From Paraspadella gotoi (lineage: Eukaryota > Animalia > Chaetognatha), in the NCBI GenBank assembly GCA_051294375.1, contig JBJCIZ010000075.1, forward strand, positions 1 through 15,960: a DNA stretch of 15,960 bases, read 5' to 3'. The position numbers were made by a program, and so were the translations under genes. This document shows positions 1-9,249 of the stretch, piece by piece (the first letter of the stretch is position 1; each line of letters begins with the position of its first letter). The notes below the pieces were generated by a model, which had not been told where the DNA came from, did no database searches, and saw only the letters and a program-made list of their open reading frames with translations.

Positions 1-270
1 CCCCCCAGCCGAGCAAAGGAAGGACGAGATCGAGGGAAATATGTCATAATTTTTCGCCCCGGTTCGTAACAAAATTTTGCGAAATTTTGGCGAAAATGAA
101 GATGAAAGATGGTAACTTCATGCACTTTGAAGACCGGCGCAGACTTTTTCTGAATGTAATAACCCTGATTAATGAAAATGTAGGATAGAATAGCAGGTTG
201 TCCAACGCATCCCCTCCAGAATTCGATTCCTGGGCGCGGTCACAAAAGCATATGCCGACATCTCTGAAAC
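1..270 (-). CDS. Probable exon of an unidentified gene (partial, frameshifted; strand uncertain)
   Basis: GC/CpG-richer island in AT-rich DNA. One minus frame reads PRPGIEFWRGCVGQPAILSYIFINQGYYIQKKSAPVFKVHEVTIFHLHFRQNFAKFCYEPGRKIMTYFPRSRPSFARLG. IMTYFPRSRP resembles FWHYFPKSAP in the 1569-2399 exon. A plus-strand reading ending at TAA 299-301 is also possible. Confidence 0.3.
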
Positions 271-573
271 CTTGGAAAAGGTCATAGTTGCCAAAAGTTA
301 ATATTTTTTATGAATTGTGATATCTTTACAATTCTTAACAAAATTTCCATGTCATAATTCGCTTATTTATCCATTCAAACGAATTTTTTTATTTAGTTCT
401 TAAAGTTTGAATAGAATCGTTCAAATAAAATAAATTTTATCTATTTGTCTTATTTTAGCTTTAAACTAATATTTGGATAAATTGAATTAAAATATAATAT
501 TTAATGGAAAAAGTAATTGATGAAATTAAAAATTAAGTTTTGATGAATTGTTTATGGAAATGGGTATAAATAA

Positions 574-634
574 AAAAAATATTTCGGTTCAACAACCGAA
601 ATATTTTTTCATTTAATTATCAAACACAACGAAA
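574..634 (+). repeat. Perfect 16-bp hairpin followed by a tail shared with the Penelope-like element
   Basis: AAAAAATATTTCGGTT (574-589), loop CAAC, AACCGAAATATTTTTT (594-609). AAACACAACGAAA at 622-634 is identical to 6568-6580. Confidence 0.6.
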
Positions 635-1270
635 AGAGAGATTACAATTATTTTATTATATATATAAATTTATGTATATACAAAATTATATCTTATTAAA
701 AAAATTATTTCATTTTTTTAATAACAAATATATAATTTAATAAAAAGCAAAAAATATTTAAATAAAAAATAATTTCCAAACAAAAATTGGTACAAAATAA
801 ATCATTTATTAGGTAATCGCCATACTTTTGCTGACGGGAACTGAACTGGTTGGTTATTGTTTTATACATACATCATTATATTTTTTTTCTTGTTGTATCA
901 TAAAAATGTTTTTTTCGAATTTTAAAAACTGATATGGGTAGAGCTAAAAAAAATAAATAAAAAATATTATTAATACTAATAATAATAATAATAAACTATT
1001 AATAATAGATTTCCAAATTTTTATGTTTTATCAATTAAAATTAGTAAAAACTATAAAAATTATAGTATGTTAATAATGATAATTTTTGGGAGTTTTCCCC
1101 CAATTTAACCCACTTATCATCGAAATGTTTTCATTGCCAATTCATTTATAAATATTGAAATGTTTCACTAGTTAAAAAAAGTGATAGTAAATATATGATG
1201 AACAAATGAATTTTGTATTATAGAACTTCTAATGATAAAAAGTGACAAATTCTGGGCCCGTCTTAGTACA

Positions 1271-1350
1271 GTTAGGGGTGAAGGGTAGTTAGGGTTAGGG
1301 GTGGGTTAATGGTTAGTTAAAATTATGGTTACGGTTAAAGGTGGTTGGGG
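1271..1350 (+). repeat. Degenerate TTAGGG-like G-rich tract with G-quadruplex potential
   Basis: GTTAGGGGTGAAGGGTAGTTAGGGTTAGGGGTGGG has five G3+ runs in 1275-1305, followed by GGTTA-type units. Confidence 0.6.
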
Positions 1351-1568
1351 TAAAATTTAAAAAAAAACAATTATTTTTTTTTTGTGATCAATTAATTAAA
1401 AAATTAAATATTTAATTATATTTTTTTCTTTAATTCAATTTAATTTTAACCGATAATAAAAAACCAGGGCTTAAGCATATTTAGTTTTTATAGGAGAATG
1501 AAGAGAGAAACATGTATTAATAATAGCTATACTTAGTTAAATCGAATTATATTATTATTTTTTTTTAC

Positions 1569-2564
1569 ATATTTAATCCGGAATTCCGGTTAATTCATGC
1601 ATCTCATTAGTTAATTTGTGGGCATAAACGAGCAGAAATGGGGCGCTCTTGGGAAAATAGTGCCAAAACTTTTTGGTGTTTTTTCTAATGGACAGTAAAC
1701 ACCGAGGGTAATCACAATGGAAAAGATTAATGAATTTCTTTCGTTTTTTGATTTTGCGGTAAAACTCGATTCGTTTCTCTTCGGAAAGACTAATTGCTTG
1801 CCAATCCCCCAGAAAAAAATTCGGGTTGAAATTTTTTTCCATTTCTGAGTTTACTCTTTGAAAAACTCCTGTTTTACAAGTTTCCAGCCCGATCCTTCTT
1901 CGAATGTCCTCCGAATCCACGTTGGGTCTTTGAGAGAAAGGAATGTTTCCTGTCTCACCCGTCGATCCCTTCGTGAAAAAAAAGCCCTTTCCGAATTTTT
2001 TTTTTCGTCTGCTAGTTATATTGTCGCTTTCCTTTTTGAAGAGTTGGAATTTTTAATTTATTTAAAAATTGGTTTCTCGGGTGAATACCGGATTTTTTTA
2101 TTACTTAAGAACCGATGACGTGATCGAACACTGAAAACGTGATTGATAAGTCCAAAAGGGGAAGTCATCTCCGCATTTTTTTCCTAACATAATATGGTTT
2201 CGTGTCCATCGGCGCCGACTTATGATCTTGAATTATGGTCACGACAAATGTCAACGAAAATTAGTTTTTTGTTTGCCTGATTGCCTCCCGTCTCGAGTTA
2301 AAAAACACACATCAATACTTTTTTCGTTTTTAAATTAAAATCATTCGTAACTTCGTCGCTTTTTTGCTTTGGATGTTGCTTCGACCATCTTACTTCAAGC
2401 TATGTCAAACATTAGCGTTCCCTTCTTTGGGCATTATTTTAATGATTATTGTACTAATCATTATGTATTTTGAGTAATTTTTACTTTTGCTCCGACTTTC
2501 TTTCTTTCCTTAGGCGTTAGTCTGATTATCGGTGAATTTCTAGATGACCTTCACCCCTAGGCAT
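1569..2564 (-). CDS. 5-prime part of an unidentified spliced gene (exons ~2564-2485 and ~2399-1569), frameshifted
   Basis: AAAAATG start at 2564 (MPR...), GTAAAA donor at 2484, GCTAAT branch site plus CATAG acceptor before 2399, GTAAAA donor at 1568. Protein-like stretches include LSLKDPTWIRRTFEEGSGWKLVKQEFFKE and the 1573-1920 ORF (...DWQAISLSEEKRIEFYRKI...FWHYFPKSAPFLLVYAHKL). No family recognised. Confidence 0.4.
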
Positions 2565-2772
2565 TTTTGTGTTAACAACCAAAAGACGTAATGACGTGCT
2601 TTTTCTCTATTTTCGCGATCTAACTAGTTATACCATTATCTTTCTTGTCAATCGACCTATAAATGCTCTCCTTCGATTTAAAAAACATACAGCGGGCATA
2701 GTTCCAATGCGAAGTTTTTGGCGCTGTAGGAACTTTGAAGGCGGAAAAACAAGCCCGTTCCTAAGAACGACA

Positions 2773-4650
2773 ATGAGTGAGCGAATTTGATCGAAGAATC
2801 TCATCGTTATCTTTTTTTTCTCGCTATTGAATGCGCCAATCTGAAGATTTTTTTTTCTATTCGAGATTTGCCTCTTTACGCGAATCCTCCAAGAAATTTC
2901 TGACCTTGAATGTATGAGCGGCTCGAAATTTTTGAACGATTCGAAACCGTAGAAGAACTGTTATCCGAATGAAGGAAAAATACTGTTGTAAAACCATGGC
3001 AGAACTCGACATCCAAACGGTTTCGTCTTAAGAGGATTGACACGTGAACCCCTGGGGTTTTCGAATTACAAAGGTAGTTTATTTTTTGTTGCATTCTGAC
3101 CATTTATTTCAAACAGTTGTAATATTTCTTTTATTGCATTTCAATAAATAATTGGGGTGTTCTGGAAGGGTGGTTTAAGGTTAAGGAAGAGTAGAGTTAA
3201 GCGTAGTTAGTAATAAATAATTTACTTATTTTTAAAAAAAAAAATGGAAATTTAATGTATTGGTTTCTTAAAAGAAATCGAAAGTAAAATTTTACCGAGT
3301 TTTTATAATTAACAAAATATATGGCTTTTAGGTTTCTTTTTAGTAAAAAATTGATTTGCCTTCATTACTTGAATTATTAGCTTACCCTAATTCTGCTTAT
3401 TAATTTTTTTTTCTTGCATAATCCTAATTATTTTAGGAGGCAAGGACTTTCACAACGCCAATTGTCCCCGTTCGAAAAGTCGCTGAGAAATGCAATTTGG
3501 CGACGGGCCGGATTAAAAGAAGCGCGATGCTATTCTTCGCAGATCGGCAAAGCAAAACAGAAAATTCCTTTGATCATGAGGAAGCAAAAATGGAAATTAT
3601 ACGTAATGGAAATGACTGCGAGTTTTATTCGTTTGTGGTATTTAAAAGGAAATCAATAATGTATAAACTGTAAAGCTGTAAACTGGTATGTGCAATTGTG
3701 CATACTTTTCTAATTCAACAATATTTTTTTCATAAAACATTACAGTCCAGCGTGGGTGCGGTTCAAAAATTTGGGCAGCCTGAAGTGGAACGCCCTATTA
3801 TCGTCTTTGCGACATAAAGAGTTTAATTTGAACAAGCCAATGGGCGAATCTCCACCTCCATTAAAAAAACCTCACTTGCAGAGCCCATAACCATCTTACG
3901 TTTCAATTGGCGTTACCCATAATAGAGCGCCCAAGGTATTTAGCAAATCCTATTTTCTAAAAAAGTTTGTGTGGTTAACGCAACTTAATTTGCCTCAAAA
4001 TAAAATTCTAGGGTTTGCACGCATCAGCATCGGTTTATTTACCTGATAATAAGCAAATGATCACAGCAAGATCAACTCGCCAGCTTCCCTATATGTCAGC
4101 CGAAAAACGCAAGCAGTAAGCATTTACTAAGTGCAAATGGGAGCACAGCGGTTTTCAAAACTGAAGTATACGGATTAAAATCTTAATGATAAAAAAACCA
4201 GCGAATGCAGCACCGACCCTCGTTGTAATGGAGAAAAGATGAAGCACATCCACAGGTTAAAATCAGGACTAATACTGATGCCAGTAATAGACTAAATCTT
4301 TGTACATTTGCAATTGAGCTTAATACTATAATTCTGCGTTTTACTTAAGGTTCAAAATGCAAACGTTCTTTTATGAATGCTGCATACAAAGCCTTAGACG
4401 AATTCTGAAGGGACACCGCGAATCTTCCAAGTTTCTAGATGGTCAAAAGAAGGGCGGGGTGAATGCTACCGAATCAGATTAACCATGCCTCAAGGGGTGA
4501 CCGATAAGGCCTGTGAAAACCACCGACTCCCAAAAAGCTTTCGCATCTGAAAAAATTAACGCCAGCAACAACATATGACTTGCTTTGTTTGCAGCGGAAT
4601 TATGCACAGTTTGTCGTTGAAGCAGCAAGATTACCAATAATGAAAAATAT
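2773..4650 (+). CDS. CDADC1: CDADC1-like cytidine/dCMP deaminase-fold protein, modules 1-2 (exons ~2773-3073, 3437-3685, 3746-3935, 4012-4255, 4350-~4650), frameshifted
   Basis: Clean GT-AG boundaries. Stitched motifs versus recalled human CDADC1: MSERI..KNL..FSL ~ PRLSKVNLFTLLSL; SSxEDxH (3023-3043) ~ SSEDLHA; RK..EKC...RAGLK ~ RKPCSAC...NAGVN; SSVGAVQKFG ~ SSVPNFKHFG. Second module: PHL..N..LAL..IE, SSKHL, KKP..EC, ASEKI ~ AVERL, YAQFVVEAA ~ YMVQFVEETS. Confidence 0.6.
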
Positions 4651-4659
4651 AGTTTTAGG

Positions 4660-4850
4660 ATTTAAGAAGTGTAACGAAAATTCGTTTAACAAACAAATTT
4701 ATTAGAGTTTATAAGGACATGTTTTGACTCTATTGTGTGTGATGAAGACTTCGACAACATAGTCGAAACATGTCTATTAACTTAATAAAATGTTGTTAAA
4801 ACGAGTTTTTCGTTACAACTCCTTAAATTTACAAATTAAACAACAATAGA
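4660..4850 (+). mobile_element. Penelope-like pLTR remnant as a fold-back (inverted duplication)
   Basis: 4660-~4735 is an imperfect reverse complement of ~4755-4828. The right arm has a hammerhead core, AATAAA (4784-4789) and an AAACAACAATAGAAAG tail. This layout is typical of truncated Penelope-like insertions. Confidence 0.7.
4740..4777 (+). ncRNA. Minimal type I hammerhead ribozyme motif (5-prime truncated)
   Basis: TGATGA (4740-4745), A, stem II GACT/AGTC with a 10-nt loop, GAAAC, AT, GTC (cleavage after 4774). Stem III contains the palindrome ACATGT. The first C of CUGAUGA and the 5-prime strand of stem I are missing at the hairpin centre. Confidence 0.7.
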
Positions 4851-5039
4851 AAGATTTGAATAGCGAAAGTTATAGGATTTTTAATTTTATCTGCAAAAGA
4901 TAAGAACACCAAAAAGCTTTTTAAATCTAATACTTAAGGAAGTGGTCTTTTATAAAACAATTATTTAAAACATTAATAACACTTCATTGATAGGGAAGCC
5001 AGGTATCTCCCTGGGTGTAAATAAACCTTCACTGAGAAA

Positions 5040-5430
5040 GTTTTGGAATTAGGAAGTCCACTTGCAATGAGATGCCCGGCTATGTTATTATTTAATTTTC
5101 TTTTAATTTTTTGGATTCAATATAGCTCAAGAGTCACTTTTTAGTAGTTTACTTGGTACTGTTTGTCCATTTGATTGTGTCCGCCTCTCATTTTATCAAT
5201 TAAGTTCACACTTGTAAATTAACAGCAAGACCTTACAAGTGCACGTTTATGTATCATTCTGGTGGAGTCATTTGATCAACCTAAAAAATTGTTCACCACA
5301 AACAAAATTCATGCCGTATAATTCTGAAATACTAAATCATTTTAAAGTGATATTTGGCTTTTTTCTGCATATTGTTCATTACTTGTCCCACGGATCAAAA
5401 GTTAAATGCAGCATACTGTTGTGTAATATT
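5040..5430 (+). CDS. CDADC1-like module 3 (42-nt intron 5084-5125), frameshifted
   Basis: Splicing 5083 to 5126 gives ARLSQESLFSSL ~ PRLSKVNLFTLL. LCIILVE...FTTNKIHAV..ILNH ~ GLVVVK...CSSEDLHAGQIALIKH. SDIWLFSAYCS ~ CDLYFSRKPCS. Confidence 0.5.
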
Positions 5431-5541
5431 TGTTTTTGCTTAACTTAAACATAAAAGTAAAAAACAATTTAAAACAATATATATAAATAATAATTGAAAA
5501 TGAAGAAAGTCTTGTTACAGCAACGATTTTATTTTTAATGT

Positions 5542-5580
5542 ACAGACAAGTTCCGGCTTTCATTCAAGCCTCATCAGTGC
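5542..5580 (-). ncRNA. Minimal hammerhead ribozyme, inverted copy
   Basis: Minus strand reads GCA-CTGATGA-GGCTT-GAATGA-AAGCC-GGAAC-TT-GTC-TGT. The GAAA box reads GGAA. Confidence 0.65.
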
Positions 5581-6468
5581 TTTGAACAATGTCACATTTT
5601 TCAATGTTTTCCAAATTAACTTTGGGAAGAGAGAAGAGAAGAGAAGAGAGAGAGAGAGAGAGAAATACGAGAGAGAAGAAATGGCAACAAAGATATGAGA
5701 CAGGACAGTGGTGAAAATGTGAGGACAGGTTTAAGTTAGATAAGAGAGAGAGAGAGAGGGGAAAAGAAATTAAATTTGTGAAATGAAGAGGAGAGAAGAG
5801 ACAGAGAAGCAGGAGGTTAAACTTTGTAGAAGAGTTACATCAGGCTCGAGAGATATTCGAGTTGCACATTGGCCTGTCTTTCCGGCCTGGGTTCTCTACC
5901 AGGACCCCGTCCATGCGTCCGCCTTCCACCCACAATAAGCCTCTCAGCCTATGGACATAAAAACCCCGACCACATCGTCACATCCCCATTGTTGACAACC
6001 CGGGGGGCCTAGCTCATTTGAGCTTTTTTTTTTTCTTATTTTTCTCTTACTCTTTCACTTTACCTATCCCTCAACATCTCTTTATTTCAATTTCATCTAA
6101 ACTTCACTCCTTTATTAATTAATTTATCTGAATTAATTTAAAAATATTTTTAGTTTGTTTAAGTCTGTCTATTTATTAAATTATCATTGTTGTAAACCAT
6201 TTTCTAATGTAAACTCTTCTTACCGTAAATGTTCAACCTCTGCTTTCTCTGTCTCTCTCTCCTCATCACAAATTTAATTTCTCTTTTCCCATCACAATTC
6301 TCTCTTCGTCTCTCTACTAACTTAAACACTGTCCTCACATTTTCACCACTGTCCGTCTTCAATATCTTTGTTGGCCATTTCTTCTCTCTTCTATTTCTCT
6401 CTCTCTCTCTCTCTCTCTCTCCTCTCTTCAAAGTTAATTGAAAAACATGAAAACTGTGAATTGTCAAA

Positions 6469-6509
6469 GCAGCTGATGAAGGGCTTGAATGAAAGCCGAA
6501 CTTGTCTGT
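6469..6509 (+). ncRNA. Minimal type I hammerhead ribozyme
   Basis: CTGATGA (6473-6479), stem II GGCTT (6482-6486)/AAGCC (6493-6497), GAAC (one A short of GAAAC), TT, GTC (6504-6506), short stem I GCA/TGT. Combining the two arms restores a canonical core. Confidence 0.7.
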
Positions 6510-6629
6510 ACATTAAAATAAAATCGTTGCTGTAACAAGACTTTGTCTTCAATTTTCAATTACGCTAAAACACAACGAAAGAAAGTTTAATCACTAATAT
6601 AATATAATAACTTTTATTCAACTTTTTGG

Positions 6630-6841
6630 TTCTATGGAATCAGTTTATGAATGTAACCTTTTTTGCGGAACGATTTTTCCTGTGGTTCTGCACATAAGTG
6701 GCGTCGTCATTGTCGTTGTCGGCGTTCCAAATTATAAATCGCCTTTTGATGATTAATTTAGGTGTATGAAGATAAAAATTTATTCTACATCTTCTCATCC
6801 ATCGATGTCCTTAAATTGGGTCCAGGACAGTTTTATTAAAT
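6630..6841 (+). CDS. CDADC1-like module 4, deaminase core exon (degenerate), frameshifted
   Basis: FAER..LWFCT ~ HAEQNALTFRC. ISGVVIVVVGVPNYKS.LLMINLGV.KIKIY ~ dCMP deaminase [37 protein letters not shown] ~ CDADC1 DPEISLL. Confidence 0.5.
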
Positions 6842-6879
6842 GTTTTGTTATGTTTTATCAAAACAAACCAAATCTCTTT

Positions 6880-7430
6880 ATTTTATTTTTATGTTGTCTT
6901 TCTCATCTCTCTTTTCTTCTTTTAATTATATGTAGAAATCTCCTCTCTTTCGCCCAGTGCTGATTCATTGAAAAAAAACGAGTCTGCAGCTGGCTTCTGC
7001 TTGGGCCTCTTTCTTTTTTCTCTCTTTTTCCCCTGCTGCTTCTGCCTTTTGATGTCTTTTTTTTTTATCTGTCTTCTCTTCTCCGTCTTTTCTCTTCTCG
7101 ATCCTATCTCAATCCTCCTCTCTTTTTTTCTCTTTTTTTTTCTATCTCTTTTTTTTTCTGCAAGGGGCTGCGTCTGCTAATCAAAGTTTAATTTTGATAT
7201 AATTTTTTTTTTCTTTTTTTTTTCAAGAAACGTAACTTTTAATTTTCCTGCGGTACTCTTATTATTTCTTTTAATTGACAATGCGCAAAAATAGAATTAA
7301 TTTTCTTCTTTCCTTTCTATTCTTTCTTCCTTTCTATTCTTTCTTTCCATTCTATTCTTTCTTTCCTCTCTTTATTCTTTTCTTCTTTTTCTTTCTGTTT
7401 ATAAAATTAATTTTCTTTTCCTAAATTTGA
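6880..7430 (+). repeat. Intronic polypyrimidine low-complexity tract containing a dispersed repeat related to 14921-15180
   Basis: Almost pure T/C. TCGCCC...AAACGA...CTGGCTT..GCT.GG.CC...TTCTCTCTTTTTCCC occurs in the same order at 6950-7033 and 14921-15003. Confidence 0.55.
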
Positions 7431-7440
7431 TTTTTTTTAG

Positions 7441-7944
7441 TATCAAAAATTTGTCGTCAATACAGATTTTTTCTTATGCGATTAGCGACGATACTTATGC
7501 TTTTTAAGATTGTTTAGCCATAATATTGTAAATTTTGTTGAACAGGAGTGTTTTGTAAAGATCCATGAGTCAACCACTCCATTCCCTGATTGCTTTCGAT
7601 GCAAGATTTGCCGGATGAATCTTAAAAAAAGGATATTATTTGGATTAATTAATGAAATGTACCTGTGAAACACAATGCCAAGCAAGTTTCTCACGCCCCT
7701 GCGTCTGGAATGGTTCCAGTTGTCCTTAATTAAACTACAAGACAAAACCGCAAACAAAGACAAATCGCCGTTTGACGGTGTAATTTTTTTGCTGTCAGTA
7801 GTTAGTGATTTTATTTGCAGTCTCAGAAAGCTTCTGTATTAAGGATTTTTTTTCTTAACAGATCTGAATCTTCTGGCACTTATAAATATGGCTTACGGCT
7901 GCGTTTTCGGGTTTTTTTGCCCAAATTTGTTGTCGAACGATTTT
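7441..7944 (+). CDS. CDADC1-like inter-domain helical region exon
   Basis: TTTTTTTTAG acceptor at 7440. A nearly open plus frame reads FLRLFSHNIVNFVEQEC...NEMY...KFLTPLRLEWF...FDGVIFLLSVVSDFICSLRKLLY, collinear with human LLQPLVCYMVQFVEETS...NEEMHKQILMTIGLENL...MKDLILLLATVASSVPNFKHFGFY. The listed minus ORF 7482-7763 is its antisense. Confidence 0.6.
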
Positions 7945-8229
7945 GTATAGTTATTGCTTTTAATTATTGTACTGTATCAGCCAAATAAATTAATTCGTCA
8001 ATTAATTCTCTGTTCATCTTGTTTTAAGGCGAATTTTTTTTTCTTTTTCTCTGAAAGAAAATAGATTTGAACTGTATTTATTTATTAATTTAAATAAATG
8101 ACACCAAACGAGACAAATAAAAAAAGGTTTGTCTACAAAACTAATCTCGAGCCTTGATATAATTTAAATTATCTATACTAAGTCAACTTAAAGAATTTAA
8201 TTTCTCACTTGTTGGAAAAGGTGATACAT

Positions 8230-9190
8230 ATCAATTAAGGAGGGTAAATATAATAAATACGGACTAATAGAAGGATAAAGGTCAAACAAAAAATTTTACC
8301 TGTATGAAAGATGATCCCCAAACTGAAAAGGCTTAAAACGGATGCGGAAGAAAAATTATCTAAACTAATCATTAAGACATAATCTAAAAACAATTGCATC
8401 CGATACTTTATTTTCTAACAAAATTTCTGAGCGAAGTTTGTTGAATGGTACAAAATAATATATAATTACCATCAATAATCCAAAAATATAGAAAAATAAT
8501 TTCTTGAACAAAGGGGGGAAGATAAATAAATGTAAAGTATTCACATAGTTTGCTTGTTATTAATTTTGGATAAAAAAAACCATCGTAGTTATCAAACCAT
8601 TCCTTTTTTCGGATTTTGACAAAAAAAAATAACTAAATGTTAGTGAATCAAAAATCGCAGTTATGTAGATTACAAAACCGTTGATTATTATATTTATAAT
8701 TTAAATCTGGCATCGAGAAGGAATAAAATTCTAATCGGTGACGAGTTTCTCATTCAGTTATAAGAAATTCCAAATTTCATCCTTGACTTTTTGGTTTGAA
8801 ATTGAGTGACCTGAATTATAACCTAAGGTTCGACTTCGTGAGTTTGGAAAACAAAACCAACAATAGTACTTGGCTAGCGTTAATATAACATAACATATGC
8901 AATATAAGACCTTTCAACAGTTTGGGTTTAAGCTTTAGATAGAAAAAATAAATTGCAAAAACAGAATTTAGTTCAAAATTTTCTAATTTGTAAACATACT
9001 GATATCGATATGAATTAAAATGGTAAAACGTTTATTTAACAGGCTGCCCTTTCGCTGTGACTAGATCCTCAACTATGGATGTAGTATGTACACACAACTT
9101 GGACTTTTTACAAAGGCTTTGCACCTCAATTATTGTTCGGTTGCAGTAAGTTAATACAAAATCAAATTCATTCTATTAGTATCTTAAGAT
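8230..9190 (+). CDS. Further degenerate deaminase-fold modules (5-7) of the CDADC1-like locus, heavily frameshifted
   Basis: NFTCMKDD..DAEE..YFLTKFLSEVC (8290-8442) ~ DFPHMDDK..HAEQ..IFVTKCPCDEC. TKP..GI.KILIGDE..FSYKKF (8670-8772) ~ GIKQIYAGD..ISYMRF. QAALS..GCSMYT..LCTSIIV (9040-9140) ~ NAI..GCSMYV..CAKLIIQ. Exon boundaries are unresolved. Confidence 0.4.
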
Positions 9191-9249
9191 AAATTTGTTA
9201 TTTGCACGTATTGTAAACAATTTTTAAATAAAAATATTCTTAACGGCTG

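Larger units (their letters stand above)
5491..6580 (+). mobile_element. 5-prime-truncated Penelope-like retroelement with an inverted pLTR (arms 5491-5840 and 6207-6562)
   Basis: ~350-bp inverted repeat. Each arm carries a (CT/GA)n microsatellite, a hammerhead motif and AATAAA. The 366-bp spacer begins with QAREIFELHIGLSFRPG (from 5841), resembling the R-x-x-x-E-x-x-x-I...P C-terminus of Penelope GIY-YIG endonucleases. AAACACAACGAAA tail at 6568-6580. Confidence 0.8.

Noticed and set aside
1600-2010. Similarity to the C-terminus of mRNA cap methyltransferase RNMT (KLV..F.E...KN...L...QA)
   Set aside because: No upstream SAM-binding motif or GGYFIGT-like segment was found, and the match needs frame stitching.
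1569-3012. Long minus-strand frames interrupted only by TAA/TAG, suggesting a TAR-to-Gln genetic code
   Set aside because: EFHB needs real frameshifts rather than stop read-through and shows all three stop types off-frame. 2773-3012 is better explained as antisense of the CDADC1-like exon.
2560-3660. Class I SAM methyltransferase reading
   Set aside because: The motifs are weak. The CDADC1 interpretation explains more collinear motifs and the downstream exons.
6204-7180. ORFs 6204-6467, 6229-6441 and 6968-7180 (also 14860-15310)
   Set aside because: They are translations of microsatellite or polypyrimidine sequence.
7476-7730. Small Cys-rich secreted peptide (KCTCETQCQ...CVWNGSSCP) and the minus ORF 7482-7763
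   Set aside because: These are alternative-frame and antisense shadows of the CDADC1-like exon.
9003-9010. DRE-like TATCGATA
   Set aside because: It lies near convergent gene ends rather than in a promoter and is expected by chance in AT-rich DNA.
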